Positions 19,599 through 30,496 of a DNA stretch of 64,000 nucleotides are shown here, in pieces. Position numbers and translations under genes: made by a program. The stretch comes from Eledone cirrhosa (Eukaryota), in contig OZ024749.1 in the NCBI GenBank assembly GCA_964016885.1, positions 13,702,001 through 13,766,000 of the forward strand. Direction: 5' to 3'. The notes beneath the pieces were generated by a model, which worked only from the letters and a program-made list of their open reading frames with translations, was not told where the DNA came from and searched no databases. The stretch's first letter is position 1. Each line of letters begins with the position of its first letter.

Positions 19599-21503
19599 TT
19601 CAGTATGAAGACATGGAAAACGACACTCCTTTTGAATAGTGAAACAAAATCACTGGAAGCTGGAGAAGTTAATATTAATTGTGGAATTTTTCAGGGTGAC
19701 TCTTTATCACCGCTTTTATTCTGCATCGCACTTATACCATTAAGTAAAATGCTCAATGAAACAAAACATGGATATAAAGTCTATGACAAAACCATTAATC
19801 ACCTGTTCTACATGGATGACCTGAAACTATTTGCAAAAAATGATGAACAATTGCAAGGGCTATTATCCACTGTGAAGCAGTTCAGTGATGACATTAAAAT
19901 GGAGTTTGGACTAGATAAATGCGCCAAAGCAACGTTCACCAGAGGAAAGCTGCTGAAGAGTTCAGACATTAATCTTGATCGGGGGAACGTGATAAGAGAA
20001 CTTGATCAAGAAAAAACTTACAAATATCTAGGTGTTTGTGAAGGAGACGGAATCAAGCACTCGACAATGAGGGAAAGGATAAGGAAGGAATGTTACCGCA
20101 GAGTAAGAGCAATCTTAAGAACGGAATTGAATGCAAGGAATAGGATCGATGCCATAAACACGCTTGCCATACCAGTAGTAACCTACAGTTACAATGTCAT
20201 CAACTGGTCAAGCACAGAGATCCGTAGGCTCGATACAAAAATTCGAAAATTCTTAACCATGCACAGAATGCATCACCCTAAGGCAGATATAGATAGAATA
20301 TATCTCCCTAGGAAAGAAGGAGGATGTGGGTTAATCCATTTAGACATTGCGTTGAAAACTGCAACAATTGGATTATCTACATATCTAAGGGAATCACATG
20401 ATTGGATGATCAAACTCGTTTTGAAACACGAAAGCATCAAAAGATCATATTCCATTACAAAAGATGCACAAAGATACAGTAATGGACTACAAATTTCAGA
20501 AGTCCCATTTACTGCTGAAATGGAAAACACAGAAAAAGCAAAGCAGGTAAAAGTAACTGCAAAGAAAGAACTGCTACAGAAACTGGCTAAGAAATGGCAA
20601 GAAAAGCCTCTGTATGGAAAATACCCAGAGCGAGCTAACAATCCTGATGTTGACAAAACTTTAACCCATCAGTGGTTGGCATCCTCTGGACTGAAATCGG
20701 AGACTGAAGGACTGATTATATCGGCACAAGATCAGTGTCTGCCAACAAAAAATTACCAAGCCAACATAATAAAAAATGGGTGCAGCCCATTATGCCGTGT
20801 ATGCAAAAAACAACCAGAGACCATTGACCATATAATTTCAATGTGCAGTCCTATAGCTCCAACCGAATACCTAAACAGGCATGACAGAGCTGCACAATAC
20901 ATACATTGGATAATGTGTAAGCATTTTGACCTGCCCCATCAAAAGAATTGGTGGGAGCATCAACCACCTCCCATACTTGAAAAAGATCACATCTCAATCT
21001 TGTGGAACTTTAGCATCCAAACAGACCGAAAAATAGATGCAAACAGACCTGATATAATATTGAAAGACTTTCAAAAGAGGGTATGCCTGCTAATTGATAT
21101 GTCTGTTCCAATAGACAAGAATGTATCTATAAAAACATTTGAAAAATTGAGCAAGTATAAGGATCTGGAGATAGAAATTGGAAAAATGTGGAAATTGAGA
21201 ACTAAAACAATACCAGTGGTTGTAGGCGCTCTGGGAATGATACCTAAGGGGTCTAATGATTACATATCGCAAATCCCAGGAAACCCGCGTATAGGAGAAA
21301 TACAAAAGATAGTATTAATGGGAACTGCCCATATACTAAGGAAGATTCTGTCAATATAAGTACATCACAAGTCTAAACACTAAAGATGCATGCGTGAATA
21401 TGTATGTTCTTTCTTGAACATGGCGGACCTTGTTGTCTCTTGAGGTCACTGGTTGTGACTTGGTGATAACTCGTATGAACCTAAAGCAAGATAAATGCAA
21501 CTG
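19599..21503 (+). mobile_element. R4/Dong-like element family B, 5'-truncated within RT
   Basis: Divergent AT-richer homologue; (AAT)n both sides. Confidence 0.85.
19605..21359 (+). CDS. Partial RT + CCHC + RLE (family B), 584 aa open frame
   Basis: FQGDSLSP, YMDD, YKYLG, CRVC-X8-H-X4-C, RHD, RPDIIL..ID, KLSKY. Confidence 0.8.
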   Translation: MKTWKTTLLLNSETKSLEAGEVNINCGIFQGDSLSPLLFCIALIPLSKMLNETKHGYKVYDKTINHLFYMDDLKLFAKNDEQLQGLLSTVKQFSDDIKMEFGLDKCAKATFTRGKLLKSSDINLDRGNVIRELDQEKTYKYLGVCEGDGIKHSTMRERIRKECYRRVRAILRTELNARNRIDAINTLAIPVVTYSYNVINWSSTEIRRLDTKIRKFLTMHRMHHPKADIDRIYLPRKEGGCGLIHLDIALKTATIGLSTYLRESHDWMIKLVLKHESIKRSYSITKDAQRYSNGLQISEVPFTAEMENTEKAKQVKVTAKKELLQKLAKKWQEKPLYGKYPERANNPDVDKTLTHQWLASSGLKSETEGLIISAQDQCLPTKNYQANIIKNGCSPLCRVCKKQPETIDHIISMCSPIAPTEYLNRHDRAAQYIHWIMCKHFDLPHQKNWWEHQPPPILEKDHISILWNFSIQTDRKIDANRPDIILKDFQKRVCLLIDMSVPIDKNVSIKTFEKLSKYKDLEIEIGKMWKLRTKTIPVVVGALGMIPKGSNDYISQIPGNPRIGEIQKIVLMGTAHILRKILSI

Positions 21504-21519
21504 TAATAATAATAATAAT

Positions 21520-22312
21520 AGTACCTTCTTTGAGAAAACTGAATTTAGAGATCCACAGACATGGAACTGGTTGAGAAGAGGAGACCTCAAAAAGGCTACA
21601 GAAGGAATGTTAATGGCTGCGCAGGAGCAGGCCCTCAAAACGAAGTGGTTGAAACACCATATTTACAAGGAGGAGGCTAGCCCACTGTGCAGGATCTGTG
21701 GAGAGAGAGAGGAGACTGTGGCTCACATTGTATCCGAGTGTAAACACCTAGCCCAGACCCACTATAAGGGCTGGAGACATGATGTGATGGGCAGGGTGAT
21801 CCACTGGCACCTGTGCAAAGTAAACAATTTACCACATTCTGAGAAATGGTATGAGCATAAGCCAGAGGCGGTGATGGAGAACGATCAGGTGAAGGTGCTG
21901 TGGGATTTTAGGATACAGACGGACAAGAAACTGGAACACAATAGACCTGACCTGGTGGTTGTGGACAAAGAAAAAAGATCGTGTCTGATTGTGGATGTGG
22001 CCTGCCCATTCGACACGAGAGTGCAAGAGAAGGAGAGGGAGAAAAGTGGGAGGTAAAAAGGATTTGGAAATGCCATGAAGTCAAAGTGATCCCGATTGTC
22101 ATAGGCGCACTGGGGACTATCTCCAAAAGTTTCCAGGGATGGTTAAAGAAAATCGGCCCCTTCACGCTTTTTGGAACGCTTCAAAAGGCATGCTTGCTGG
22201 GAACAGCAAAAACCCTCCGATACGTTCTGAATATCTGAGGCTGCAGGTAGTGGCTTGATATTCATTCCAACGGACTTTCCAGTTAACCAACATCAATGAC
22301 TGAGATTCAAGG
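21520..22312 (+). mobile_element. R4/Dong-like family A fragment with internal deletion
   Basis: Matches 18754-19568; ~20-nt deletion at ~22045 frameshifts it; followed by (AAT)n to ~22405. Confidence 0.85.
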
Positions 22313-22367
22313 AATAATAATAATAATAATGGTAATAATATTATTATTATTGTTGTTATTGTTATTT

Positions 22368-22408
<41 letters not shown>

Positions 22409-23142
22409 GCTGCTGCTGCTTTTTCTTCTTCACTATACTATGCCGATGGCCAGGGCCGGATTTATCGGGGTGGGGCGGAAGGTGCGCGAATGCCCAGGGC
22501 ACCCCTTGTCAAACAGGGCGTCCTCTAGAAACAGCTCTCGGACCCCCATCTGAATGCCAAGGCCCCACCCCCGAAATTTGAACTGTCCTGGGCCCCCACA
22601 TCTGACCTGTCTCGCCCCACCAGCCCGAACTCCCTCCTAGGTCCCCACATCTGAACTGTCTCACCCCACCGACCTGAACTCCCTCCTAGGCCCCAAAAAT
22701 TTGAACTGCCCGCCCCCCATGTTTAAATATGGCCCAGTGTACCTAGCTATATGTAGGTAGCACAGTGTGGTGTCTACGGCCCACACCACGTAGCTGTAAA
22801 TAGGTTCCACACTCTACCTAGCTGTAATAAATGAAGACCGTCAAAGCATGATACATATGTCTTACGGTCTCGGAGGATATCGAGAGGGATGCGCTGGTAC
22901 AGCCTGTCGAAATCGTTTTCTTTTGTTTAAATTTGTTTACTTGTTTAATTTTCTGGGGATTTTTTTGTTTTGTCTTTCTTTTTTTTGGAGAGGGGGGGTT
23001 GCAAAACCGCACCTTATATCGTCCTGTGCCACCCTGTCCCGCCATATACCACCCTGTGCCACCCTGTGCCACCTTGTGCCGCCATGCGTCATCTTTAATA
23101 TTTTTAAATTATTTTAAAATCATCGTCGTCGTCATTATTATT

Positions 23143-23353
23143 GTGGATTGCCGGAGTCGGTAGAGCATCGGACACCATGCTTAGCGGCATAGAGTTACAG
23201 CTCTTTACGTTCAAAGTTCAAATCCTGCCGAGGTTAACTTTGCCTTTCATCCTTTCGGGGTCGATAAAATAAAGTACCAGTAATGCATTCGGGTCGATTT
23301 AATCGACTTTTCCTTCTCCCAAAATTGTTGGCCTTGTGCCTAGATCAGAAACC
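23143..23353 (+). mobile_element. tRNA-derived SINE family 1
   Basis: A-box-like TGCCGGAGTCGG, B-box GTTCAAATCC, core GCCTTTCATCCTTTCGGGGTCGATAAAATAAAGTACCAG; many dispersed copies. Confidence 0.75.
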
Positions 23354-23368
23354 ATGCCCTTGAACCGG

Positions 23369-23614
23369 CGGGCTGTTCAGGATTGGTGGGGTACCCGAGT
23401 CGTTCCTGGGTGGTTCTCCCCACTATTGGGGGGCTGTTCAGGATTGGTGGGGTACCCGAGTCGTTCCTGGGTGGTTCTCTCCACTGTTGGAAGGCTGTTC
23501 AGGATTTGTGGGGTACCCCAGTCACCCCTGGGTGGTTCTCCCCACTATTGGGGGGCTGTTCAGGATTTGTGGGGTACCCGAGTCGCCCCTGGGTGGTTCT
23601 CTCCACTGTTGGGG
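23369..23614. repeat. 61-bp minisatellite x4
   Basis: GGCTGTTCAGGAT at 23371, 23432, 23493, 23554. Confidence 0.9.
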
Positions 23615-23716
23615 ACATTTTTTGTTTGTTTATTTTTTACTCGATTTTATTCTACCCAAGTCCCTGTCTCTGTATTGTCCCCTGTCGGTCCTTGTGGCCA
23701 ATAAATAAAACTATTA

Positions 23717-23921
23717 TTGGCAAAATCGGTAGAGCGTTGGACAACATGCTTAGCGGCATAGAGTTACAGCCCTTTACGTTTTGAGTTCAAATCCCACCGA
23801 GGTTAGCTTTGCCTTTCATCCTTACGGGGTCGATAAATAAAGCACCAGTAATGTATTGGGGTCGATTTAATCAACTTCCCCCTCCCCTTCTAATTTCTGG
23901 CCTTGTGCCAAAAGCAGAAAT
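23717..23921 (+). mobile_element. SINE family 1
   Basis: Homologous to 23143-23353. Confidence 0.75.
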
Positions 23922-24054
23922 AATTATTATTGGTAGTTGCATTATGTCTAACTCATTTTTTCCCATTAATATTACTTCCCAAACTAAAATACCGGTTTTT
24001 CTTTTGATTCTATTTTATTAATGTAAACAATTAACCTGTCTAATTAGTTTTCTG

Positions 24055-24470
24055 ACTGGTGGGGAGGGGTAATGGAGGGTACTGGTGATGATGGGGGGGG
24101 GGGTAGTGGAGGGTGATGGCTGTGATGGGGGGGGTGATGGGGGGGTCGTGGTGGTCGTGGTGGTAGTGTAGTGGTGGTAATGATGTTGGTGGTAGTAATG
24201 GTGGTGGTAGTGATGGGGTGGTGGTGGTGCTGGTGGTGGTGGTCGTGGTCGTGGTCGTGGTCGTGTCGTGGTCGTGGTAGGTATGGTGGTGGTGCTGGTG
24301 CTGGTGGTGGTAGTGATGGTGGTGGTAGTGATGGTGGTTCTGGTGGTGGTGGTAGTGGTGTAGTGGTAGTGCTGTAGACGTGGTGATAGTGGTGTAGTTA
24401 TGGTGGTGGTGGTGGTGGTAGTGGTGTAGTGGTGGTAGTGGTGGTGTAGTGGTGGCGGTGTGGAGGTCGT
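24055..24470. repeat. degenerate (GGT)n simple repeat
   Basis: Seen directly. Confidence 0.9.
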
Positions 24471-24530
24471 GGAGCGTTTTGTTGAAATTCCTCAACAAAA
24501 TTCTTTGTTATACCAATTCTGTTTATTATT

Positions 24531-24716
24531 AGGTGTATTGGCAGAATCGGTAGAGGTTCGGACGCCATGTATTGCAGCATAGAGTTACGACCCTTTATGA
24601 TCTGAGTTCAAATCCCGCCGAGGTTAACTTTGCCTTTCATCCTTACGGGGTCGATAAAATAAAGTACCAGTAATACACTGGGTAATTGCTGGCCTTGTGC
24701 CAAACGTAGAAACAAT
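24531..24716 (+). mobile_element. SINE family 1
   Basis: Same boxes and core. Confidence 0.75.
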
Positions 24717-25034
24717 TATTAAAGAGAGAGAGAGAGAAAGAGAAACATAGAGAGAAGGAGAGATAGGGGGAGAGAGTAAGAAAGAATAAAAGAAAGAGAG
24801 GGAGGGGGAAATCGAAAGAGATAGAGGGGGAGAAAGAGAGGGAATTTCTGCGTCTTTTGTTACATTGACTTCATTACTTCACCCTTTCTTTCCTCCTTTC
24901 CTTCTTTCTTTATTCATTTATTTTATTTTTCTTCTATCTCTGAAAGAACTTCTGTGATTCTAGTTTACCTTCTCTATAAATTCTGTGAAGCTTCGCAAAG
25001 TCAATCGTGTGTCTACCATTGTCATCTCTCTCTC

Positions 25035-25080
<46 letters not shown>

Positions 25081-25175
25081 TCTCTCTCTCTCCCCCTCTC
25101 TCTCTCTCTCTCTTTCTCTCTCTCTGTATATATATATATATATATATATAATTATAATGAAATGAACCTCAAACC

Positions 25176-25244
<69 letters not shown>

Positions 25245-25314
25245 GTACATACACACACAGACACACAAACACATACATAGACTCACATGTATATACATAT
25301 ATATAATATATAAC

Positions 25315-25407
<93 letters not shown>

Positions 25408-25680
25408 AATACAATATCGGAGAAAGCTTTTTAGCGATACTCCGGCCAAATTTCAACTCACTCAACAAACATTAGGAAATAAGTGATTATATTCCCAATT
25501 ATGCGTTCGGGGTGTTAACTAAAAGTATTGCGTGGAAAATTGGCTGTATTATTTCATATGAGACATATCGAATATATCTCTTCCCAGACTGACGTCGCGT
25601 TTCATTATAGGATTCCTACAATATATATATAAAATAAAGTTAAATAAAAGTCAAATGATTAAAATTTAGCTTCGTTTATT

Positions 25681-25735
25681 ACTGCTATATATATTTCAGT
25701 GACAGCCATCTTTGGCTGTGACCTCTTCAGGCAGT
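25681..25735 (-). ncRNA. Type I hammerhead ribozyme
   Basis: Reverse complement of 26461-26515. Confidence 0.85.
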
Positions 25736-26460
25736 TTGAATTAGTATGGTATAGACAAGTACATATGTTGTTTAGGTGTATAATATTGTCAATACTCTGA
25801 TATGCCCAGTTCCTTGTTGAGTTGTTAATTCACTGAGGAACTGGAGTCATATGAATTCAAACAAACGAATTTCAGTGTCAAAGGTCCTCTTCTCCTCTCA
25901 TTGGTCAGTTATTAGAACATTCCTCATTCTAAGTGTTGTTATTGTTGGAGTTAGCTTAAAAATTGATAAAATGGTAGAAGGGACAAGGTGTTAAAGGAAC
26001 AAAATAACAAAAAGAGTGTCAAACTTCCCATTGGTCAGTTCTGAGAGCATTCCTCAGTCAGAAGTCTATAGAATTCTTTCTGGGGTGAGGCTCCCTGTAG
26101 TGTTTTTGCCTGCTATTGTTCAGTACATTTGACCTCCACCATTATTTTGGTACTGTTGTTGGTGTAGTGGTCAGCTTATATCTTGCTGCTGCTAACAATT
26201 TAGAACACCTTGTCCCTTCTACCATTTTATCAATTTTTAAGCTAACTCCAACAATAACAACACTTAGAATGAGGAATGTTCTAATAACTGACCAATGAGA
26301 GGAGAAGGGGACCTTTGACACTGAAATTCGTTTGTTTGAATTCATATGACTCCAGTTCCTCAGCGAATTAACAACCCAACAAGGAACAGGGCATATCAGA
26401 GTATTGACAATATTATACACCTAAACAACATATGTACTTGTCTATACCATACTAATTCAA

Positions 26461-26515
26461 ACTGCCTGAAGAGGTCACAGCCAAAGATGGCTGTCACTGA
26501 AATATATATAGCAGT
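26461..26515 (+). ncRNA. Type I hammerhead ribozyme
   Basis: actgc CTGAAGA [acagcca-aaga-tggctgt stem II] GAAA tatata TA gcagt; palindromic stem III. Confidence 0.85.
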
Positions 26516-26660
26516 AATAAACGAAGCTAAATTTTAATCATTTGACTTTTATTTAACTTTATTTTACACTACTCCGGAGTAACCAAACCAACCTGCGCAC
26601 TTCGTCGAGTGCTCCAGCCTGTATACTGAGGTGTTGGTATACAACCAACATAAACTCAAA

Positions 26661-26751
<91 letters not shown>

Positions 26752-27042
26752 GTTATATATTATATATATGTATATACATGTGAGTCTATGTGTGTCTATA
26801 TATATATAACCAAAGATTAATATGGTTCGTTGATTAATAAACGAATACAATTCTACAATAGATTAGAAGCACTCGACAAGTGATTTTCCTGGAGTGTTTA
26901 ATATTATTCAAAATGTTAATAAATGAAAAATATTCACATAATCAAAATATATATTTTATTATACATATTTTATTTATATATATAATGCCAATACTGGAAT
27001 TGAATAATCAAAACCGTAGTGGTATGTCACATATCAAATCTT

Positions 27043-27107
27043 ATATTTTGTCTCATGAAAACGTACTTAAACACCATTGTACCTTTGAAATGTGTATAAT
27101 AAAATAT
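27043..27107 (+). ncRNA. Degenerate hammerhead ribozyme (CTCATGA core)
   Basis: Homologue of the intact-core copy at 52059-52113. Confidence 0.55.
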
Positions 27108-27149
27108 ATATTTTGATTATGAGAATATTTTTCATTTATTAACATTTTG

Positions 27150-27196
<47 letters not shown>

Positions 27197-27283
27197 GGAG
27201 GTGAGTTTTATTGTAGTACAATAAAGCAATGCAGATATCGGATAAGAAGCACTCTACAGTTTGTAGGACTGGAGTATACATAA

Positions 27284-28346
27284 TATATAAGATCAAAAGA
27301 TGGTTAAAAGAGTTCCATGTATGCGCATTTCAAAAACAAATATCATCATGCAATAACATTTGTGTTTTCATCAGATAAAATAGGAAGACATGATATGAAG
27401 GTTAAAAACACTTCTGTATAGTGCAGTTTTAAATCAACATATGAAAAGTAGTTTTAGATTGATGTGTGATATTGGAAGAAAAAAAAAAAAAAAATGTTGA
27501 GGGGGGGGGATGAAAAAGAGGAGGAGATGAGAGTAAAAAGTGGAGGGGGAGGAGTATAATGAGGAAGGATGAGATAGGAGGAGAGATGAGTGATAGAGAG
27601 AGAGAGATAGCTTTTATAACTGAGAAAAATATATTGTTTTACATAGAGAGGTTGAAAAACCGTTGGAAGATAATGTATAAATTAAAAGAATTTGAAAATT
27701 AACGAAGAGAAAAATAATGTAAAGTTAAGGTTTGTATATTGAAGGGTTTAATAATATGTGCGATGAAAAGAAATTGTTAATATGTATTAAGAATAATATT
27801 TAAGGGTTTAATAATATGAAACCCTTAAATATTATTCTTAATACATATTAACAATTTCTTTTCATCGCACCTATTATTAAACCCTTCAATATACAAACCT
27901 TAACTTTACATTATTTTTCTCTTCGTTAATTTTCAAATTCTTTTAATTTATACATTATCTTCCAACGGTTTTTCAACCTCTCTATGTAAAACAATATAAT
28001 TTTCTCAGTTATAAAAGCTATCTCTCTCTCTCTATCACCCATCTCTCCTCCTATCTCATCCTTCCTCATTATACTCCTCCCCCTCCACTTTTTACTCTCA
28101 TCTCCTCTTTTTCATCCTTTCCCCCACCCCCACCCCCCTCAAAAACTTTTTTTCCCAATATCACACATCAATCTAAAACTACTTTTCATATGTTGATTTA
28201 AAACTGCACTATCCACAAGTGTTTTTAACCTTCATATCATGTCTTCCTATTTTATCTGATAAAAACACAAATGTTATTGCATGATGATATTTGTTTTTGA
28301 AATGCGCATAATAAAATACATGGAACTCTTTTAACCATCTTTTGAT

Positions 28347-28354
<8 letters not shown>
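27284..28354. repeat. ~530-bp-arm palindrome (9-nt spacer at ~27810-27818) of a hammerhead-bearing pLTR
   Basis: TTAAGGGTTT-aataatatg-AAACCCTTAA centre; damaged hammerheads at 27318-27382 (-) and 28248-28318 (+). Confidence 0.85.
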
Positions 28355-28406
<52 letters not shown>

Positions 28407-28407
<1 letters not shown>

Positions 28408-28797
28408 GAGGGTAATCCCAAAAGTAAGGTCTCCAAAGCGATGGGGACGCAGAGAAACTGTTCGTACGGCTGTTGGCAACACTGTTGTCATTGGTGCTTC
28501 CTTCACTCCCAAACAAGCATGTGCGCGCTTCGCTGGGATGCTCAATCTTGGCTTGGCAGCTGTTGAGAATGGAGCTCCCGTTGAACGCTGCCGCCAAGTG
28601 CGAATTTCGCGCAGTTATTATATACGAGGGCAATCCCAAAAGTAAGGTCTCCTTCCGAGGAAAACATGCGTAAAGATCGGCGGATCGCTCTGGATGCTCT
28701 CTGCATTTTGGTTCCTGAGGTTTCCCGAAGCACCATCCACAGGATTTTAACGGAAAAGTTGCAATATCGGAAGACCTTACTTTTGGGATTGCTCTCG
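28407..28797 (+). mobile_element. Internally deleted mariner element / MITE
   Basis: TIR CGAGGGTAATCCCAAAAGTAAGGTCT ... AGACCTTACTTTTGGGATTGCTCTCG, TA flanks; remnants MELPLNAAAKCEFRAVI and DRRIALDAL..VSRSTIHRILTEKLQYRK resemble mariner transposase HTH regions. Confidence 0.8.
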
Positions 28798-28970
28798 TAT
28801 ATATATATATAAGCAGAAGGTATATTCAATTTGTTGGTAATTCAATAAATATAAATGTTTATAACTGATTCAGAGCACTCAACAGTTTTTCTGGAGTATA
28901 ATACAGGGATAACTTGAACCGTTAAGGTATATTATCCTTGGTTATGTCAAAATTTATAAAACACCCTTCG

Positions 28971-29032
28971 TATTTTATCTGATGATAGCGTACCAAAATT
29001 GTTGGTACCCTTGAAATATATATAATAGAATA
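28971..29032 (+). ncRNA. Type I hammerhead ribozyme
   Basis: tattttat CTGATGA [gtaccaa..ttggtac] GAAA tatata TA atagaata. Confidence 0.8.
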
Positions 29033-29071
29033 AATATGGTTTTATAAATATAGTTTCCATTTATTTAATAT

Positions 29072-29129
<58 letters not shown>

Positions 29130-29251
29130 AAGAGGTGAGTTTTATTGTAGCACAATAAAGCAATGCAATTATCGGGTAAGTAGCACTCAACAGTTTATAG
29201 GACTGGAGTATAAATAATATAAAATCAAAAGATGGTTAAAAGAGTTCCATG

Positions 29252-29322
29252 TATTTTATTATGCGCATTTCAAAAACAAATATCATCATGGGATGATATT
29301 TGCGTTCTCATCAGATAAAATA
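29252..29322 (-). ncRNA. Type I hammerhead ribozyme
   Basis: Reverse complement of 29414-29484. Confidence 0.85.
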
Positions 29323-29413
29323 GGGAGACATGATATGAAGCTTAAAAAACACATATGTTGATTTAACACTTCACTGCTCGCAAGTGTTTTTTAAGCTTCA
29401 TATCATGTCTCCC

Positions 29414-29484
29414 TATTTTATCTGATGAGAACGCAAATATCATCCCATGATGATATTTGTTTTTGAAATGCGCATAATAAAATA
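29414..29484 (+). ncRNA. Type I hammerhead ribozyme
   Basis: tattttat CTGATGA [caaatatcatc-ccat-gatgatatttg] GAAA tgcgca TA ataaaata. Confidence 0.85.
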
Positions 29485-29671
29485 CATGGAACTCTTTTAA
29501 CCATCTTATGATTTTATATTATATATATATATCATAAAAAATGAGAAACACGGCGATACAAAAACGATTAGTATTATTATGTTCACGTTTTGGGTGAAAT
29601 AAAAGAAAAAGATGTTCAACGTATCGGACATTAGTCGTTCGTCAGAATACATGTAGAGAGAATAGGGGGAC

Positions 29672-30160
29672 ATGTGTGTGTATGTGTGTAGTGTGTGTGG
29701 TGTGTGTGTGTTTGGTGTGTGGTGTGTGTGTGGTGTGTGTGGTGTGTGGTGTGTTGTGTGTGGTGTGTTGTGTGTGGTGTGTGTGTGCAAGTGTATGTGT
29801 ATGTGTGTGGGGTGTGTGTGGTGTGTGGTGTGTGTGATGTATGTGTGCGTGTTGTGTGTTGTGTGTATGGTGTGTGTGGTGTGTGTGCGATGTGTGTGTG
29901 TGTCCATGTGTGTGTTGTGTATGTGTGTGGGGTGTGTGGGGTGTGTATTGTGTGTGTTGTGTGTGTGTCTATGTGTGGTGTGTGGTGTGTGTGTGTTGTG
30001 TATGTGTGGGGGGGGGGGGGTGCATGTGTGTATGTTGTGTGTGTGTGTTGTGCGGTGTGTGTGTGGTGTATGTGTGTGGTGTATGTATGTATGTGCTGTG
30101 TGTGTGTGTGTGTAGGTGTGTGTGTAGGTGTGTGTGTGTGTAGGTGTGTGTTGTGTGCTT
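29672..30160. repeat. degenerate (GT)n simple repeat
   Basis: Seen directly. Confidence 0.9.
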
Positions 30161-30496
30161 TTAAATGTGTGTGTATCACTGTATACATAAGTGATGCAGA
30201 ATAAGTCACCAACATATTGTACTCCTCTCCCTCTCTTCTATCGTCCCCCGCCCCTACACACCCCTCCCCACGACCGTCCGCCTCCAAATTCCCCTCCATC
30301 CTCCTCCTACTCCTCCTCCACCCCCTCTCCTCCATCCTCCTCATCATCCCCTCCGCCCCCCTCCACCATCCTCCTACTAACCCCCCCCCCCCCCCTCATT
30401 ACCATTTAACTCACCGTTCACTTTAATTACTCCAAGAATTCATTAACATCTTTAGTGAGAAATATTTTATAGCTAACAACAAAGTATCAAAGAGAT

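Larger units (their letters stand above)
25631..26565. mobile_element. Inverted Penelope-like pLTR pair (arms 25631-25992 and 26204-26565)
   Basis: ~360-bp inverted arms, each carrying a hammerhead motif; (TA)n flanks. Confidence 0.75.

Noticed and set aside
21430-22056. 208-aa ORF spanning Dong B 3'UTR into Dong A fragment
   Set aside because: Non-ATG start and truncation by a deletion; treated only as a junction-phase observation
22451-22737. Possible hAT MITE (CAGGGCCGGATTTA ... TAAATATGGCCCAG) with internal short repeats
   Set aside because: Three mismatches in 14 bp and no 8-bp TSD; not supportable from one copy
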